Below are positions 1 through 11,476 of a stretch of 64,000 bases of DNA, in pieces. Source of the DNA: Alphaproteobacteria bacterium (lineage in GTDB: Bacteria; Pseudomonadota; Alphaproteobacteria; Bin95). Under the pieces are notes generated by a model. That model was not told the origin of the DNA. It made no database searches and saw only the letters and a program-made list of their open reading frames with translations. The position numbers and the translations under genes are program-made. Each line of letters begins with the position of its first letter. Positions within the stretch are counted from its first letter, which is position 1. The stretch covers positions 2,098,279-2,162,278 of the forward strand of contig CBDCQY010000001.1 in the NCBI GenBank assembly GCA_965220855.1, written 5' to 3'.

Positions 1-64
1 CGGAGGAAATCCGAGAGCAGGAGGCGCGGCTCGGCGGCGGCCTCCGCCGCCTCGCCATTGACGG

Positions 65-820
65 TCAGGCGCGGCATGCGAGCGCCTCCCGCACCGTGGC
101 CCGCCCGACGCGCTCCACCAGCCGGCGGCGATAGCCGGCGTCGGCGTGCAGATCGTCGCGGGCCTCGATGGCGTCGGCGTCGAAGTCCAGCCCGTCCAGC
201 AGCAGCGGCGTGTCGGCGACGCCGCCGACCGCGAGGCGCACGCCGTCCCCGTCCGCCACGGCCGCGAAGGCGGCGAGCGCGAAATCGCCCTGGCGGAGCG
301 CCACCTCGCGAAAGGCGTAGCCGGCGCGCGGGTCCGGCGGTGGCAGTTCGACGGCGGTCACGAGTTCGTCCTCCGTGCGCGCCGTCGCCAGCGGCCCCTC
401 GAAGAACGCGCCGGCCGCCACCCGCCGCTCGCCCCGGAGCGAGGCCAGATGCACCCCGCCGCCGAGCGCGACCAGGCAGAGCGGCAGTTCCGCCGCCGGG
501 TCGCCATGCGCCACCGAGCCGCAAAAGGTGCCCCGGCTGCGGGTCTGGTAATGGCCGACATGGGGCAGGGCAAGATCGATCAGCGGATGCAGGCCGGCAA
601 GCTTCGCCTGGCGCACGGCCGCGCCCACGCGCCGGCCGCGCTCCTGCAACTCCGGCAGGCGCACGATATCCACCAGCAGGTCGGGGCGCGCGAGGCGCAT
701 GTTCATCATCGCCAGCAGCGACTGGCCGCCGGCGAGCGCCACCGCGCCTTCCGACGCCAGCGCCGCCAGCGCTTCGTCCAGGCTCTCCGGGCGGAGATAG
801 GCGAAGGGCGCGGGCTTCAC
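65..820 (-). CDS. Xanthine dehydrogenase/CO dehydrogenase-family FAD-binding subunit (CoxM-like)
   Basis: 251 aa; N-term FAYLRPESLDEALAAL typical of molybdopterin dehydrogenase FAD-binding subunits; ATGA overlap with upstream large subunit. Confidence 0.8.
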   Translation of the reverse strand: MKPAPFAYLRPESLDEALAALASEGAVALAGGQSLLAMMNMRLARPDLLVDIVRLPELQERGRRVGAAVRQAKLAGLHPLIDLALPHVGHYQTRSRGTFCGSVAHGDPAAELPLCLVALGGGVHLASLRGERRVAAGAFFEGPLATARTEDELVTAVELPPPDPRAGYAFREVALRQGDFALAAFAAVADGDGVRLAVGGVADTPLLLDGLDFDADAIEARDDLHADAGYRRRLVERVGRATVREALACRA

Positions 821-3150
821 GGCAGCAGCGCCGCCACCCGCGCCGGCGTCAGCGGCAGTTCCACATCCTCCACGCCGAGCGCGTCCGCCACCGCATTGGC
901 GATGCAGGCCGGGCCGCTCATGGCGTTGCCCTCGCCGATGCCCTTGGCGCCGAGCGGCGTGACGGGGGAGGGCGTCTCCATGTGCAGGATTTCCGGGTCC
1001 GGCGTCTCGCAGGCGGTCGGCGGGGGATAGTCCGCGAAGCTGCCGGCGAGCGGCTGGCCGGTCTCGTCATGGATGAAGGCCTCGAACAGCGCCGCGCCGA
1101 CGGCGTTGGAGAGGCCGCCGCGGATCTGCCCGTCCGCCATCGGGCGGTGCAGCAGCCGGCCGGCGTCATGCGCGCTGACATAGCGGTCGATGCGGGTCTG
1201 GCCGGTGTCGGCGTCGATCTCCACGCCGCAGACATCGAACAGGAAACCGTAGGCGGCCGAGCCGTTGATGCGATCCTCGGCGTCCGGGGGGCCGAGCTCC
1301 GGCGGGGTCCAGAACTCGGTCGCGCGCAGGGCCGCCTCGACACCCTGTGGCAGCGAGGCCGGCGACCAGTGGGCGAGGCCCGCCAGCCGCGCGAAGGGAA
1401 GCGAGCGCTCCGGCCCCGCGCCGACCCGGCCCTCGGCGAAGACCACCTCCTCCGGCGCAAGCTCCAGCCGGGCGGCGGCGAGGCGCGCCAGCCGGTCGCG
1501 CAGAGTGAGCGCCGCCCGCCAGGCTGCGCCAGCCACCGCCGGGGCGAAGCGGCAGGAATAGTTGCCGGCGGCGATCGACCAGGCGTCGCGGGCGCTGTCG
1601 AACTCGCTCACCACCCGGATATCTCCGGGCGCGAGGCCGAACGCCTCCGCGACCGTCTCGGCCAGCACGGTGCGGTGGCCCTGTCCCTGCGGCGTCGAGT
1701 CGGCCGTCACGCTGACGCCGCCATGCGGGTCGATAGCGACCGTGGCGGCGGCGAGCGCGCCGTTCTTGAGACCGCCGGCGAGGCGCTCCTCATGCTCCAG
1801 CACCGTGGTGATGTAGCCCATATTGGAGACGGTCGGCTCCACCACCGCCGCGAGGCCCACGCCATAGAGGCGGCCTTGCGAGCGCGCTTCCGCCCGCCGC
1901 CGGCGGAGCGCCTCCAGCGCCGGGCGGGCGAGCTCGACCACGGCGCCATAGTCGCCCGAATCGTAGAGCGCGCCCGAGGCGGTCCGGTAGGGCGTCTTCG
2001 CCACCAGATTGCGCCGGATGACCGCCAGCCGGTCGAGGCCCAGCCGGTCGGCGATGCGGTGCATCAGCCGCTCCAGGGCGAAATAGACCTGCGGGCCGCC
2101 GAAGCCGCGATTGAGGCCGCTCGGCGCCGTGTTGGTGACGGCGATGCGGTTCTCGACCTCCAGGTTCGGGATGTCGTAAGCGCCGGTGAGCGCGCCATGC
2201 ATCCGGTAGAGCGTCGCTGGCTCGGGCGCTTTCAGATACGCACCGCAATCCTCCAGCTGCGACCAGCGAAGCGCCGTCACCCGCCCGTCGGCCATCAGGG
2301 CGGCCTCGAGGCGCGTCTCCCGTCCGGTCGCGGAGCCGGCCGCGGTCAGGTGCTCCAGGCGGTCCTCGATCCACTTCACCGGCCGCCCGGACAGGCGGGC
2401 CACCGCCGCCATCAGCACGATATAGGGCGCAAGGCCCTGCTTGACGCCGAAGCTGCCGCCGGAATCGGGCGGCGTGCGCAGCCGGAGCCGGTTGGCCGGA
2501 ACCCCGAGCGCCGCCGCCATGACCGGATGCAGCGCGAACGGCCCCTGGAAGGGCGCGGTGACATCCCAGGCTTCATCGTCCGGGTCCCATGCGGCGATCA
2601 GGCCGAAACATTCGATGGGCGTGACGGCGTTGCGCGGATAGCGGATGTCGATGGCGATGCGCCGGTCTGCGGCGGCGAAGGCGCTCTCCGGATCGCCGTA
2701 GGCGAACCGCCGGCGGCTCACCAGATTGCCGCCCATCGCCTCATGCAGCAGCGGCGCGTCTTCGGCGAGCGCCGCCCGGGGCGAGACGACCGCCGGCAGC
2801 GGCTCATACTCGACCGTCACCCGTTCGAGCGCGTCTTCGGCGAGATAGCGGTCCTCGGCCAGCACAACGGCGACCGGCTCGCCGACATAGCGCGCCTTGT
2901 CGGTCGCAATCGGAAAGTGGCGCATCGGCGTGCGCAGGGCGGCGATGAAGGGGCGCAGCCCGGCCGCGATTTCCGCGCCGGCGAACAATCGCACATCGGG
3001 CGGCGCGGCGATGCGGCCGAGGCGCGCATGGGCGTGCGGCGAGCGCAGGATGGCGGCGTGGAGCGTGCGCGGCGGCGTTGGCAGGTCGTCGATGAACCGC
3101 CCCCTGCCGGCGAGCAGGGCCCGATCCTCGATCCGCGCGCCGCCCGCCAC
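817..3150 (-). CDS. Xanthine dehydrogenase-family molybdopterin-binding large subunit (CoxL-like, non-CODH form)
   Basis: 777 aa, aldehyde oxidase/xanthine DH a/b hammerhead plus MoCo-binding domain similarity; lacks the form-I CODH AYXCSFR motif. Confidence 0.8.
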   Translation of the reverse strand: MAGGARIEDRALLAGRGRFIDDLPTPPRTLHAAILRSPHAHARLGRIAAPPDVRLFAGAEIAAGLRPFIAALRTPMRHFPIATDKARYVGEPVAVVLAEDRYLAEDALERVTVEYEPLPAVVSPRAALAEDAPLLHEAMGGNLVSRRRFAYGDPESAFAAADRRIAIDIRYPRNAVTPIECFGLIAAWDPDDEAWDVTAPFQGPFALHPVMAAALGVPANRLRLRTPPDSGGSFGVKQGLAPYIVLMAAVARLSGRPVKWIEDRLEHLTAAGSATGRETRLEAALMADGRVTALRWSQLEDCGAYLKAPEPATLYRMHGALTGAYDIPNLEVENRIAVTNTAPSGLNRGFGGPQVYFALERLMHRIADRLGLDRLAVIRRNLVAKTPYRTASGALYDSGDYGAVVELARPALEALRRRRAEARSQGRLYGVGLAAVVEPTVSNMGYITTVLEHEERLAGGLKNGALAAATVAIDPHGGVSVTADSTPQGQGHRTVLAETVAEAFGLAPGDIRVVSEFDSARDAWSIAAGNYSCRFAPAVAGAAWRAALTLRDRLARLAAARLELAPEEVVFAEGRVGAGPERSLPFARLAGLAHWSPASLPQGVEAALRATEFWTPPELGPPDAEDRINGSAAYGFLFDVCGVEIDADTGQTRIDRYVSAHDAGRLLHRPMADGQIRGGLSNAVGAALFEAFIHDETGQPLAGSFADYPPPTACETPDPEILHMETPSPVTPLGAKGIGEGNAMSGPACIANAVADALGVEDVELPLTPARVAALLP

Positions 3151-3159
3151 CGCGCGCCT

Positions 3160-4314
3160 TCAGCCCGCGCGTCCGGGAAGGCCCGGCTCGGGTTCGGTCT
3201 CCTCGATCATGTAGTCCATGAGGCTCGGAATGCCGGGCGTCCAGGCGCGATCCTCGGCGCCGCGCCAGATGAAGCCCTTGTCGATCAGGAAGTCGCGCAT
3301 TCCGGTCACCCGGTCGGTCTCGCGGGCAAGCACGGCGTCGAGCGCTGGGCGGCTCAGCTCGCCGCCGGCCTCGCGGAAGGCCAGCGCCACGGCGCGCGCG
3401 ACCGGCAGGCTAGCCTCGCGGTCGAACTCGTCATAGCGGTCGGTGTAGTAAAGCCGGCGCGGCGTTTCGGCGGCCTTCCGGGCGAGCGTGACATGCTCCG
3501 GCAGCAGGCCGCCGATATCCGTGCCTTCGACCGCCCGCCAGGCGGCTTCGCCATAGAGCTGGAGGAAATAGGGGTAGCGGTCTGCGGCTGCGGCCAGTTC
3601 GGCGGCGGCGTCGGCGTCGGCGTCCAGGCCGGCGTCGAGGAAGGGGCGCGCCACCACCGCTTCGGCCGCCTCGGCCGAGAGCAGGCCGACGGGCAGCTTG
3701 CGCCCCCGGCTCCAGAAAGAGACATGCGCCGCGCCCAGCATCCGCGTCAGCCCTGGCGTCCCGGCCATCGCGACCGCCACCGGACGGTGCTCGCCTGCGA
3801 TCTGCAAGGCGCGGAGCAATCGTCCGACCGCCTCCGGTCGCGCTTCATGCGCCTCGTCGAGCGTCAGCAGCAGCGGCGTGTCGCTGCCCGCCAACCAGTC
3901 CTCGAGCGCCGGCATGGGGTCGCGTCCGGCGGTCCCGATCTCGATCGACAGCAGGCCGAGCAGGTTGGCCTTGAGCTCTACCCTGACGTTCTCCAGTTGC
4001 CGCTGCCAGCGCGCGGCCGCGCGGCGAAAGCTGCGAGCCAGGCTGTCGGACGTGTCGAGATCGTTCGGTCCCATGCGGACCAGAAGGATAGGCGGACCGC
4101 TTCGGTTCTCCTCCGCCTGCCGTGCGAGCCAGTGCAGCAGCACGGTCTTGCCATTGCCGCGCGGGCCGTAGAGGAAGGCCGCCTGCGCGCCCGGCTCGCC
4201 GTTCTGCAATGCGCGCAGCATGTCCAGGAGCGGCCCCTCGACGTCGGGCCGGGCGCCCATATGGGCAGGGTCGAGGCCGAAGCCCGGCCTGAAGGGGTTT
4301 TCGGCGACAGGCAT
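3160..4314 (-). CDS. AAA+ ATPase of the archaeal-type ATPase family (Arch_ATPase/DUF234-like)
   Basis: 384 aa; N-term NPFRPGFG...FLYGPRGNGKTVLLHWL matches the NPF-pG...YGPRRvGKTsLL signature with Walker A; DEAH-like Walker B (LTLDEAHE). Confidence 0.6.
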   Translation of the reverse strand: MPVAENPFRPGFGLDPAHMGARPDVEGPLLDMLRALQNGEPGAQAAFLYGPRGNGKTVLLHWLARQAEENRSGPPILLVRMGPNDLDTSDSLARSFRRAAARWQRQLENVRVELKANLLGLLSIEIGTAGRDPMPALEDWLAGSDTPLLLTLDEAHEARPEAVGRLLRALQIAGEHRPVAVAMAGTPGLTRMLGAAHVSFWSRGRKLPVGLLSAEAAEAVVARPFLDAGLDADADAAAELAAAADRYPYFLQLYGEAAWRAVEGTDIGGLLPEHVTLARKAAETPRRLYYTDRYDEFDREASLPVARAVALAFREAGGELSRPALDAVLARETDRVTGMRDFLIDKGFIWRGAEDRAWTPGIPSLMDYMIEETEPEPGLPGRAG

Positions 4315-4427
4315 GGGCGTCGTTCTATCCTCCGGGCGCGGGCCGGTAAAGCGAAGGCTTCCGCCGATGACGGCGCGGTCCGATTCGGCTATCGTCGCGC
4401 GACAGGCAGGAACGGGAGGGCCATTCG

Positions 4428-4829
4428 ATGCCAGACAGCAACACCGGAATGCAGACGCTCGCGCACGCCACCGCCGAGTCCGCCCCGCTGGTCGCCGGAC
4501 GGCGCGATTTCTTCAAATATCGCGATCTGGGCGTCACCGCCGCCAGCCTCGGCAAGATGCGCGCCCAGACCATGACCGCGATCCGGGGCATGACCGAGCC
4601 GACCGGCTGGCACTATCACGAATGCGAGGGCCAGTTCGTCTATACCCTCAAGGGCTGGGTCGATCTGGAGTTCGAGACCGGCGAGAAGCTGCGCATCAAT
4701 GCGGGCGAGTCGCTGTTCATCCCCGGCGGGCTGCGCCACAACGAGACCGCCACTTCCGAGGACCTCGAAATCCTCGAACTCTCGATCCCGGCGGAGATGG
4801 GCACCGTCCCCTGCGACCCGCCGGCCTGA
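4428..4829 (+). CDS. Cupin domain protein
   Basis: 133 aa, small beta-barrel cupin-like sequence (HYHECEGQFVYTLKG...FIPGGLRH). Confidence 0.6.
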   Translation: MPDSNTGMQTLAHATAESAPLVAGRRDFFKYRDLGVTAASLGKMRAQTMTAIRGMTEPTGWHYHECEGQFVYTLKGWVDLEFETGEKLRINAGESLFIPGGLRHNETATSEDLEILELSIPAEMGTVPCDPPA

Positions 4830-4842
4830 ATGTCGGCTTGAT

Positions 4843-6291
4843 CTAGCGAGCGGCGATCGGGCGCTCCCGGCGGAGCGCCCGGCCCGGCCGGGCGCCGGTC
4901 GCCGCGCCGTCGCGCCAGACCGTCTCGCCCGCCACCAGCACATGGCGGATGCCGTCCGCCGGGGCGAGCGGGTTCTCGAAGGTCGCGCGGTCGATCACCG
5001 TCTCGGGATCGAACAGGCAGAGGTCGGCCACCGCGCCCGGCTCGATGACGCCGCGCTCGTCCAGCCCGAAGCGCTCGGCCGAGAGGCCGGTCATGCGCCG
5101 CACCGCCTCCTCCAGCGGCATCAGCCCGAGCTCGCGGCTGTAATGGCCGAGCACGCGCGGGAAGGTGCCCCAGAGCCGGGGGTGGGGGTGCGAGTCGTGC
5201 GGGATGCCGTCCGAGCCGATCATGGCGCGCGGCGAGCGCAGCACGCGCTGCACGTCGTCTTCCGACATGGCGAAATAGATCGCGCCCGCCGGCAGCAGCC
5301 GCTCGGCCATTTCCAACTCCGACACGCCATGCTCGGCGGCGAGCGCGGCAAGCTCGCGGCCCGCCGCCTCCGGCAGCGCGTCGGACCAGGTGACGACGAT
5401 GCGCTCGGCGTCGCCGATGCGGTCCGGCATCAGCACGGTCGAGCCGGCGGCGTAGGGATAGACGTCGAGCGCGACCTGCTGGCGCCGGGCGGCGGCGTCG
5501 ATCATCGGCAGCGAGCGCGCCGTCTTGCCGTGATTGGGCGCGCCCATCGCCTTGTGATGCGACAGCACTACCGCGAGGCCGGCGCGCCGGCCGATGGTCA
5601 GCGCCTCCTCGACCGACTCCTCCAGAAAGGCGCCCTCGTCGCGCAGATGGGTGGCGTAGAGGCCGCCCCAGGGAGCCGCCGCCTCGGCCAGCGCCACCAC
5701 CTCCTCCGTGCTGGCGGCCCGGGCCGGCGGATAGTAGAGGCCGGTCGAGAAGCCGACCGCGCCCGCCTGCATCGCCTCTTCGACATGCACGCGCATCCGC
5801 GCGATCTCGTCCGCTTCCGCCGGCCGGTCGAGCGACGCCATATGCTGCACGCGCAGCGTCTGGTGGCCGACCAGGAAGACGCCGTTGACCACCGGCGGGC
5901 GCGCGTCCAGCGCCTCCAGATAGGCGGCGAAGGTGGGGAATCGGTAGTCCCGCTCGCCGCCCAGCAGGTCCATCGGCGGCGGCGGCCGGCCCTCCGGCGT
6001 GAACGGCGCGAGCGAGATGCCGCAATTGCCGGCGACCACGGTGGTGACCCCCTGGCTCGCCTTGGCGGCCATGTCGCCGTCGAGCAAAGCGCGGTCGTCA
6101 TGGGTGTGGACGTCTATGAAGCCCGGCGCGACGACGAGGCCGGCGGCGTCGATTTCGGCTTCGGCGACCGCCTCGCCGAGCGCGCCGACGGCCGCGATGC
6201 GCCCGCCATCCACCGCGACATCGCCCGCATAAGCCGGCGCGCCGGTTCCGTCGATGATCCGCCCGCCGCGAACGATCAGATCGTGGCGCAT
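4843..6291 (-). CDS. N-acyl-D-amino-acid deacylase (D-aminoacylase)
   Basis: Real start MRHDLIVRGGRIIDG at ATG 6291. The 5' part of the 790-aa ORF is an artefact opposite the MBL gene. Amidohydrolase GFIDVHTHDD motif. Confidence 0.8.
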   Translation of the reverse strand: MRHDLIVRGGRIIDGTGAPAYAGDVAVDGGRIAAVGALGEAVAEAEIDAAGLVVAPGFIDVHTHDDRALLDGDMAAKASQGVTTVVAGNCGISLAPFTPEGRPPPPMDLLGGERDYRFPTFAAYLEALDARPPVVNGVFLVGHQTLRVQHMASLDRPAEADEIARMRVHVEEAMQAGAVGFSTGLYYPPARAASTEEVVALAEAAAPWGGLYATHLRDEGAFLEESVEEALTIGRRAGLAVVLSHHKAMGAPNHGKTARSLPMIDAAARRQQVALDVYPYAAGSTVLMPDRIGDAERIVVTWSDALPEAAGRELAALAAEHGVSELEMAERLLPAGAIYFAMSEDDVQRVLRSPRAMIGSDGIPHDSHPHPRLWGTFPRVLGHYSRELGLMPLEEAVRRMTGLSAERFGLDERGVIEPGAVADLCLFDPETVIDRATFENPLAPADGIRHVLVAGETVWRDGAATGARPGRALRRERPIAAR

Positions 6292-6363
6292 TGCGTGTCT
6301 CCCGCCCTTGTCTGCTGGCGCGTTGTCTAGCATGGGCGTAAGCTTCCCGGAAAACGGGGGGAT

Positions 6364-7260
6364 ATGCTGTCCATGGCATCCATGGCCGAACGCGCGGTCG
6401 GCGAGGTCGTCATTCGCCGGGTGGAGGAGAATGCCGGCCCCTCTTTCCTGCCGGGCCAGCTCTACCCGGACTGGACGCCGGCGCATCTGGAGAAGCATCG
6501 CGACTGGATGGTACCGCGCGCCTTCCACGAGCCGAGCGGGCGGCTGTCGATGAGCCTGCACAGCTGGCTGCTGCGCACGCCGCGCCACACCATCCTGATC
6601 GACAGCTGCGTCGGCAATTGCAAGACGCGCTCGCGCAAGATGTGGAACGGGCTGGACACGCCCTGGCTCGACCGGCTGAAGGCGGCCGGGGCGACGCCGG
6701 AAGAGGTCGATTATGTGCTCTGCACCCATCTGCACACCGACCATGTGGGCTGGAACACGCGGCTGGAGGACGGGCGCTGGGTCCCGACCTTCCCGAACGC
6801 GAAATATCTGATCGGCAAGCTCGACTACCGGTACTGGACGCAGCGCGCGGAACTTTCCGGGGGCGAGGACCCGCTGGACGGCGCCTTCGCCGACAGCGTG
6901 CTGCCGGTGGTGGAGGCCGGGCAGGCGGTGATGGTGGAGGACGGCTACCGGATCGACGAGTCGATGCTGATCGAGGCGGCCCCCGGCCACACGCCCGGCC
7001 ATGTGACCATGCAGCTGCTCTCCGCCGGCGAGGAGGCGCTGTTCGTCGGCGACATCGTGCACCACCCGATCCAGGTGTTCGAGCCGCACTGGAACTCCGC
7101 CTTCTGCGAATGGCCGGAGCACGCTGCGGTCACCCGCCGGCGCGTGCTGGAGCGGGTGGCCGACCGCCCGGCGCTGCTGATGCCGGCGCATTTCCCGGCG
7201 CCCTCCTGCGGACATGTGCTGAGCGCCGGCGACGGCTTCCGCTTCCGCTTCGCCGACTGA
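6364..7260 (+). CDS. MBL-fold metallo-hydrolase
   Basis: 298 aa; THLHTDHVGW (HxHxDH) metallo-beta-lactamase motif. Confidence 0.8.
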   Translation: MLSMASMAERAVGEVVIRRVEENAGPSFLPGQLYPDWTPAHLEKHRDWMVPRAFHEPSGRLSMSLHSWLLRTPRHTILIDSCVGNCKTRSRKMWNGLDTPWLDRLKAAGATPEEVDYVLCTHLHTDHVGWNTRLEDGRWVPTFPNAKYLIGKLDYRYWTQRAELSGGEDPLDGAFADSVLPVVEAGQAVMVEDGYRIDESMLIEAAPGHTPGHVTMQLLSAGEEALFVGDIVHHPIQVFEPHWNSAFCEWPEHAAVTRRRVLERVADRPALLMPAHFPAPSCGHVLSAGDGFRFRFAD

Positions 7261-7280
7261 GCCCGCGCGCCGCCCGCGCC

Positions 7281-8510
7281 ATGCCGCCCACCGCCGCCGC
7301 CTCCGGCCACCATCCCTGGTATCCCTGGGTCGTCTGTATCGCCTCGCTGACGATGGTGTTCTTCGGCCAGGGCGCGATGTTCGTGCTGAATGTCGAGCTG
7401 AAGCCGATCGCCGAGAGCATGGGCTGGCCGCGCGAACTGCCCTCGCTCGGCTATTCGGCGGCCTTCTTCGCGGCCGGCGTCGGCGCGCTCTATTTCGGCC
7501 CGCTCTCGGAGCGCCTCGGCATGGGCAATGTCGCGCTGCTGGGCGCGCTCTCGATCGGAACCGGGACCTTTCTGGTCGGCTATGTGGAGACGCCGGGCCA
7601 GCTGCTGCTGCTGTTCGGCCTGCTGATCGGCCTGTTCGGCAACGCCTGCCTGTTCGCGCCGCTGGTGGCGCATGTGACGCGCTGGTTCGACCGCAACCGG
7701 GGCCTGGCGCTCGGCATCGCCACCTCGGGGCAGAGCCTCGGCGGCGCCATCTGGCCGTCGATCATCACCTGGCTCGACAGCGCGGTCGGCTGGCGCGACA
7801 CCTTCCACATATACGGCCTGCTGTGCTTCGCGATCATGGCGCCGATGACCTTTCTGCTCCGCCGCCCGGTCCCGAAGGCGGCCGTCGGCGGCTCGGGCGG
7901 GCCGGCGGCGGACGGGCGCGCCTTCGGCCTGCCGGGGGGCGTGGCGACGGCGGTGCTCTGCGCGGCGATCGTCGGCTGCTGCATCCCGATGTCGATCCCG
8001 CTGGTGCATCTCAAGGCCTATGGCACCGATCTCGGCTTCGCGCCGCAGGCGGCGGCGGCGGCGCTCTCGCTCGCCTTGTTCGCCAGCCTCGGCTCGCGCG
8101 TCTTCGGCGGCATGCTGGCCGACCGCATCGGCGGGCTGAAGACGCTGCTGATCGGCTCCACCATCCAGTGCGCCATGCTGGCGGCGATCTCGCAGGTGCG
8201 CGAGCTCTGGTCGCTCTACGCCGTCTGCGTCATTTACGGGTTCGGCTATGGCGGCATCATCGCCATGTATGCCTATATCGTGCGGGAATATTTTCCGATC
8301 CGCGGCGCCACGCGGCGCATCGCCTGGGTCTATCTGTTCGGCACGTTCGGCATGGCGGCCGGCGGCTGGTTCGGCGGCCGGATGTTCGACGCGACCGGCA
8401 GCTATGAGGCGGCGTTTCTCGCCGGGGCGGCCATCAACGCTGCGCAGGTCGCCCTCGTCGTGACGCTGCTGCTGCGCGCCCGTTCGGCGGCGAGACCGGC
8501 GGTCGGCTGA
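7281..8510 (+). CDS. MFS transporter (oxalate/formate antiporter-like)
   Basis: Internal ATG at 7281 (MPPTAAASGHHPWYPWVV...) in frame with ORF 6618..8510; 12 predicted TM helices. Confidence 0.7.
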   Translation: MPPTAAASGHHPWYPWVVCIASLTMVFFGQGAMFVLNVELKPIAESMGWPRELPSLGYSAAFFAAGVGALYFGPLSERLGMGNVALLGALSIGTGTFLVGYVETPGQLLLLFGLLIGLFGNACLFAPLVAHVTRWFDRNRGLALGIATSGQSLGGAIWPSIITWLDSAVGWRDTFHIYGLLCFAIMAPMTFLLRRPVPKAAVGGSGGPAADGRAFGLPGGVATAVLCAAIVGCCIPMSIPLVHLKAYGTDLGFAPQAAAAALSLALFASLGSRVFGGMLADRIGGLKTLLIGSTIQCAMLAAISQVRELWSLYAVCVIYGFGYGGIIAMYAYIVREYFPIRGATRRIAWVYLFGTFGMAAGGWFGGRMFDATGSYEAAFLAGAAINAAQVALVVTLLLRARSAARPAVG

Positions 8511-8625
8511 GCGGCGGCCAAAGCGCCCCCGCGCTTGTTGTTCGCCCTTTCGGAACATGCTAACGGCGTGACTGCAATCCGGGGCGCAAGCGCACGAGCG
8601 CGGACGTGAGTGAGGAGGAAACGGA

Positions 8626-9078
8626 ATGGCGACAGTCACCATCAATGGTGAAGCCCGGACCCTCGACGGTCCGGACGACACCTCCCTGTTGTGGGCGCTG
8701 CGCGACATGGCGCGTCTCACGGGGACCAAATACGGTTGCGGAGCGGGGCTTTGCGGGGCCTGCACGGTGCATGTGGACGGCAAGGCCGAGAAGTCCTGCA
8801 TGATGACCGTGGGCGATGTGGTGGGCAAATCGGTCACCACCATCGAGGGCCTCTCGCCGGACGGCGGCCACCCGGTCCAGGTGGCCTGGCGCGAGATGCA
8901 TGTGCCGCAATGCGGCTTCTGCCAGTCCGGGCAGATCATGCAGGCCGCCAGCCTGCTGGCCGAGAACCCGAAGCCCACCGACCGGGAGATCCTGGACGGA
9001 ATGGCCGACAATATCTGCCGTTGCGGCTGCTATGAGCGCATCGTCGCGGCGGTGCGGCTCGCTTCCACGGGAGTCTAG
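8626..9078 (+). CDS. (2Fe-2S)-binding subunit of a molybdenum hydroxylase (IorA-like)
   Basis: 150 aa; CGxGxCGACTV and CGFCQSGQIM / CRCGCY cysteine motifs; strong GAGGAGGAA RBS. Confidence 0.85.
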   Translation: MATVTINGEARTLDGPDDTSLLWALRDMARLTGTKYGCGAGLCGACTVHVDGKAEKSCMMTVGDVVGKSVTTIEGLSPDGGHPVQVAWREMHVPQCGFCQSGQIMQAASLLAENPKPTDREILDGMADNICRCGCYERIVAAVRLASTGV

Positions 9079-9081
9079 GCC

Positions 9082-11400
<2,319 letters not shown>

Positions 11401-11476
11401 CCCGTTTTCGAACGGCGTGACGGCCAAGGGCCGGCCTCACGGGGCCGGCCCTTCCTTTTTCAGGGAGCAGGCCGCG

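Noticed and set aside
58-4575. 1505-aa ORF on the plus strand
   Set aside because: Arg/Pro/Ala-rich low-complexity translation typical of an out-of-frame GC-rich artefact. It lies antisense to well-supported Cox-like and ATPase genes.
4843-7215. 790-aa minus-strand ORF
   Set aside because: The 5' 300 aa overlaps the MBL hydrolase gene on the opposite strand and has no homology. The D-aminoacylase starts at the internal ATG 6291.
6945-9011. 688-aa minus-strand ORF
   Set aside because: Antisense to the MFS transporter and IorA-like genes.
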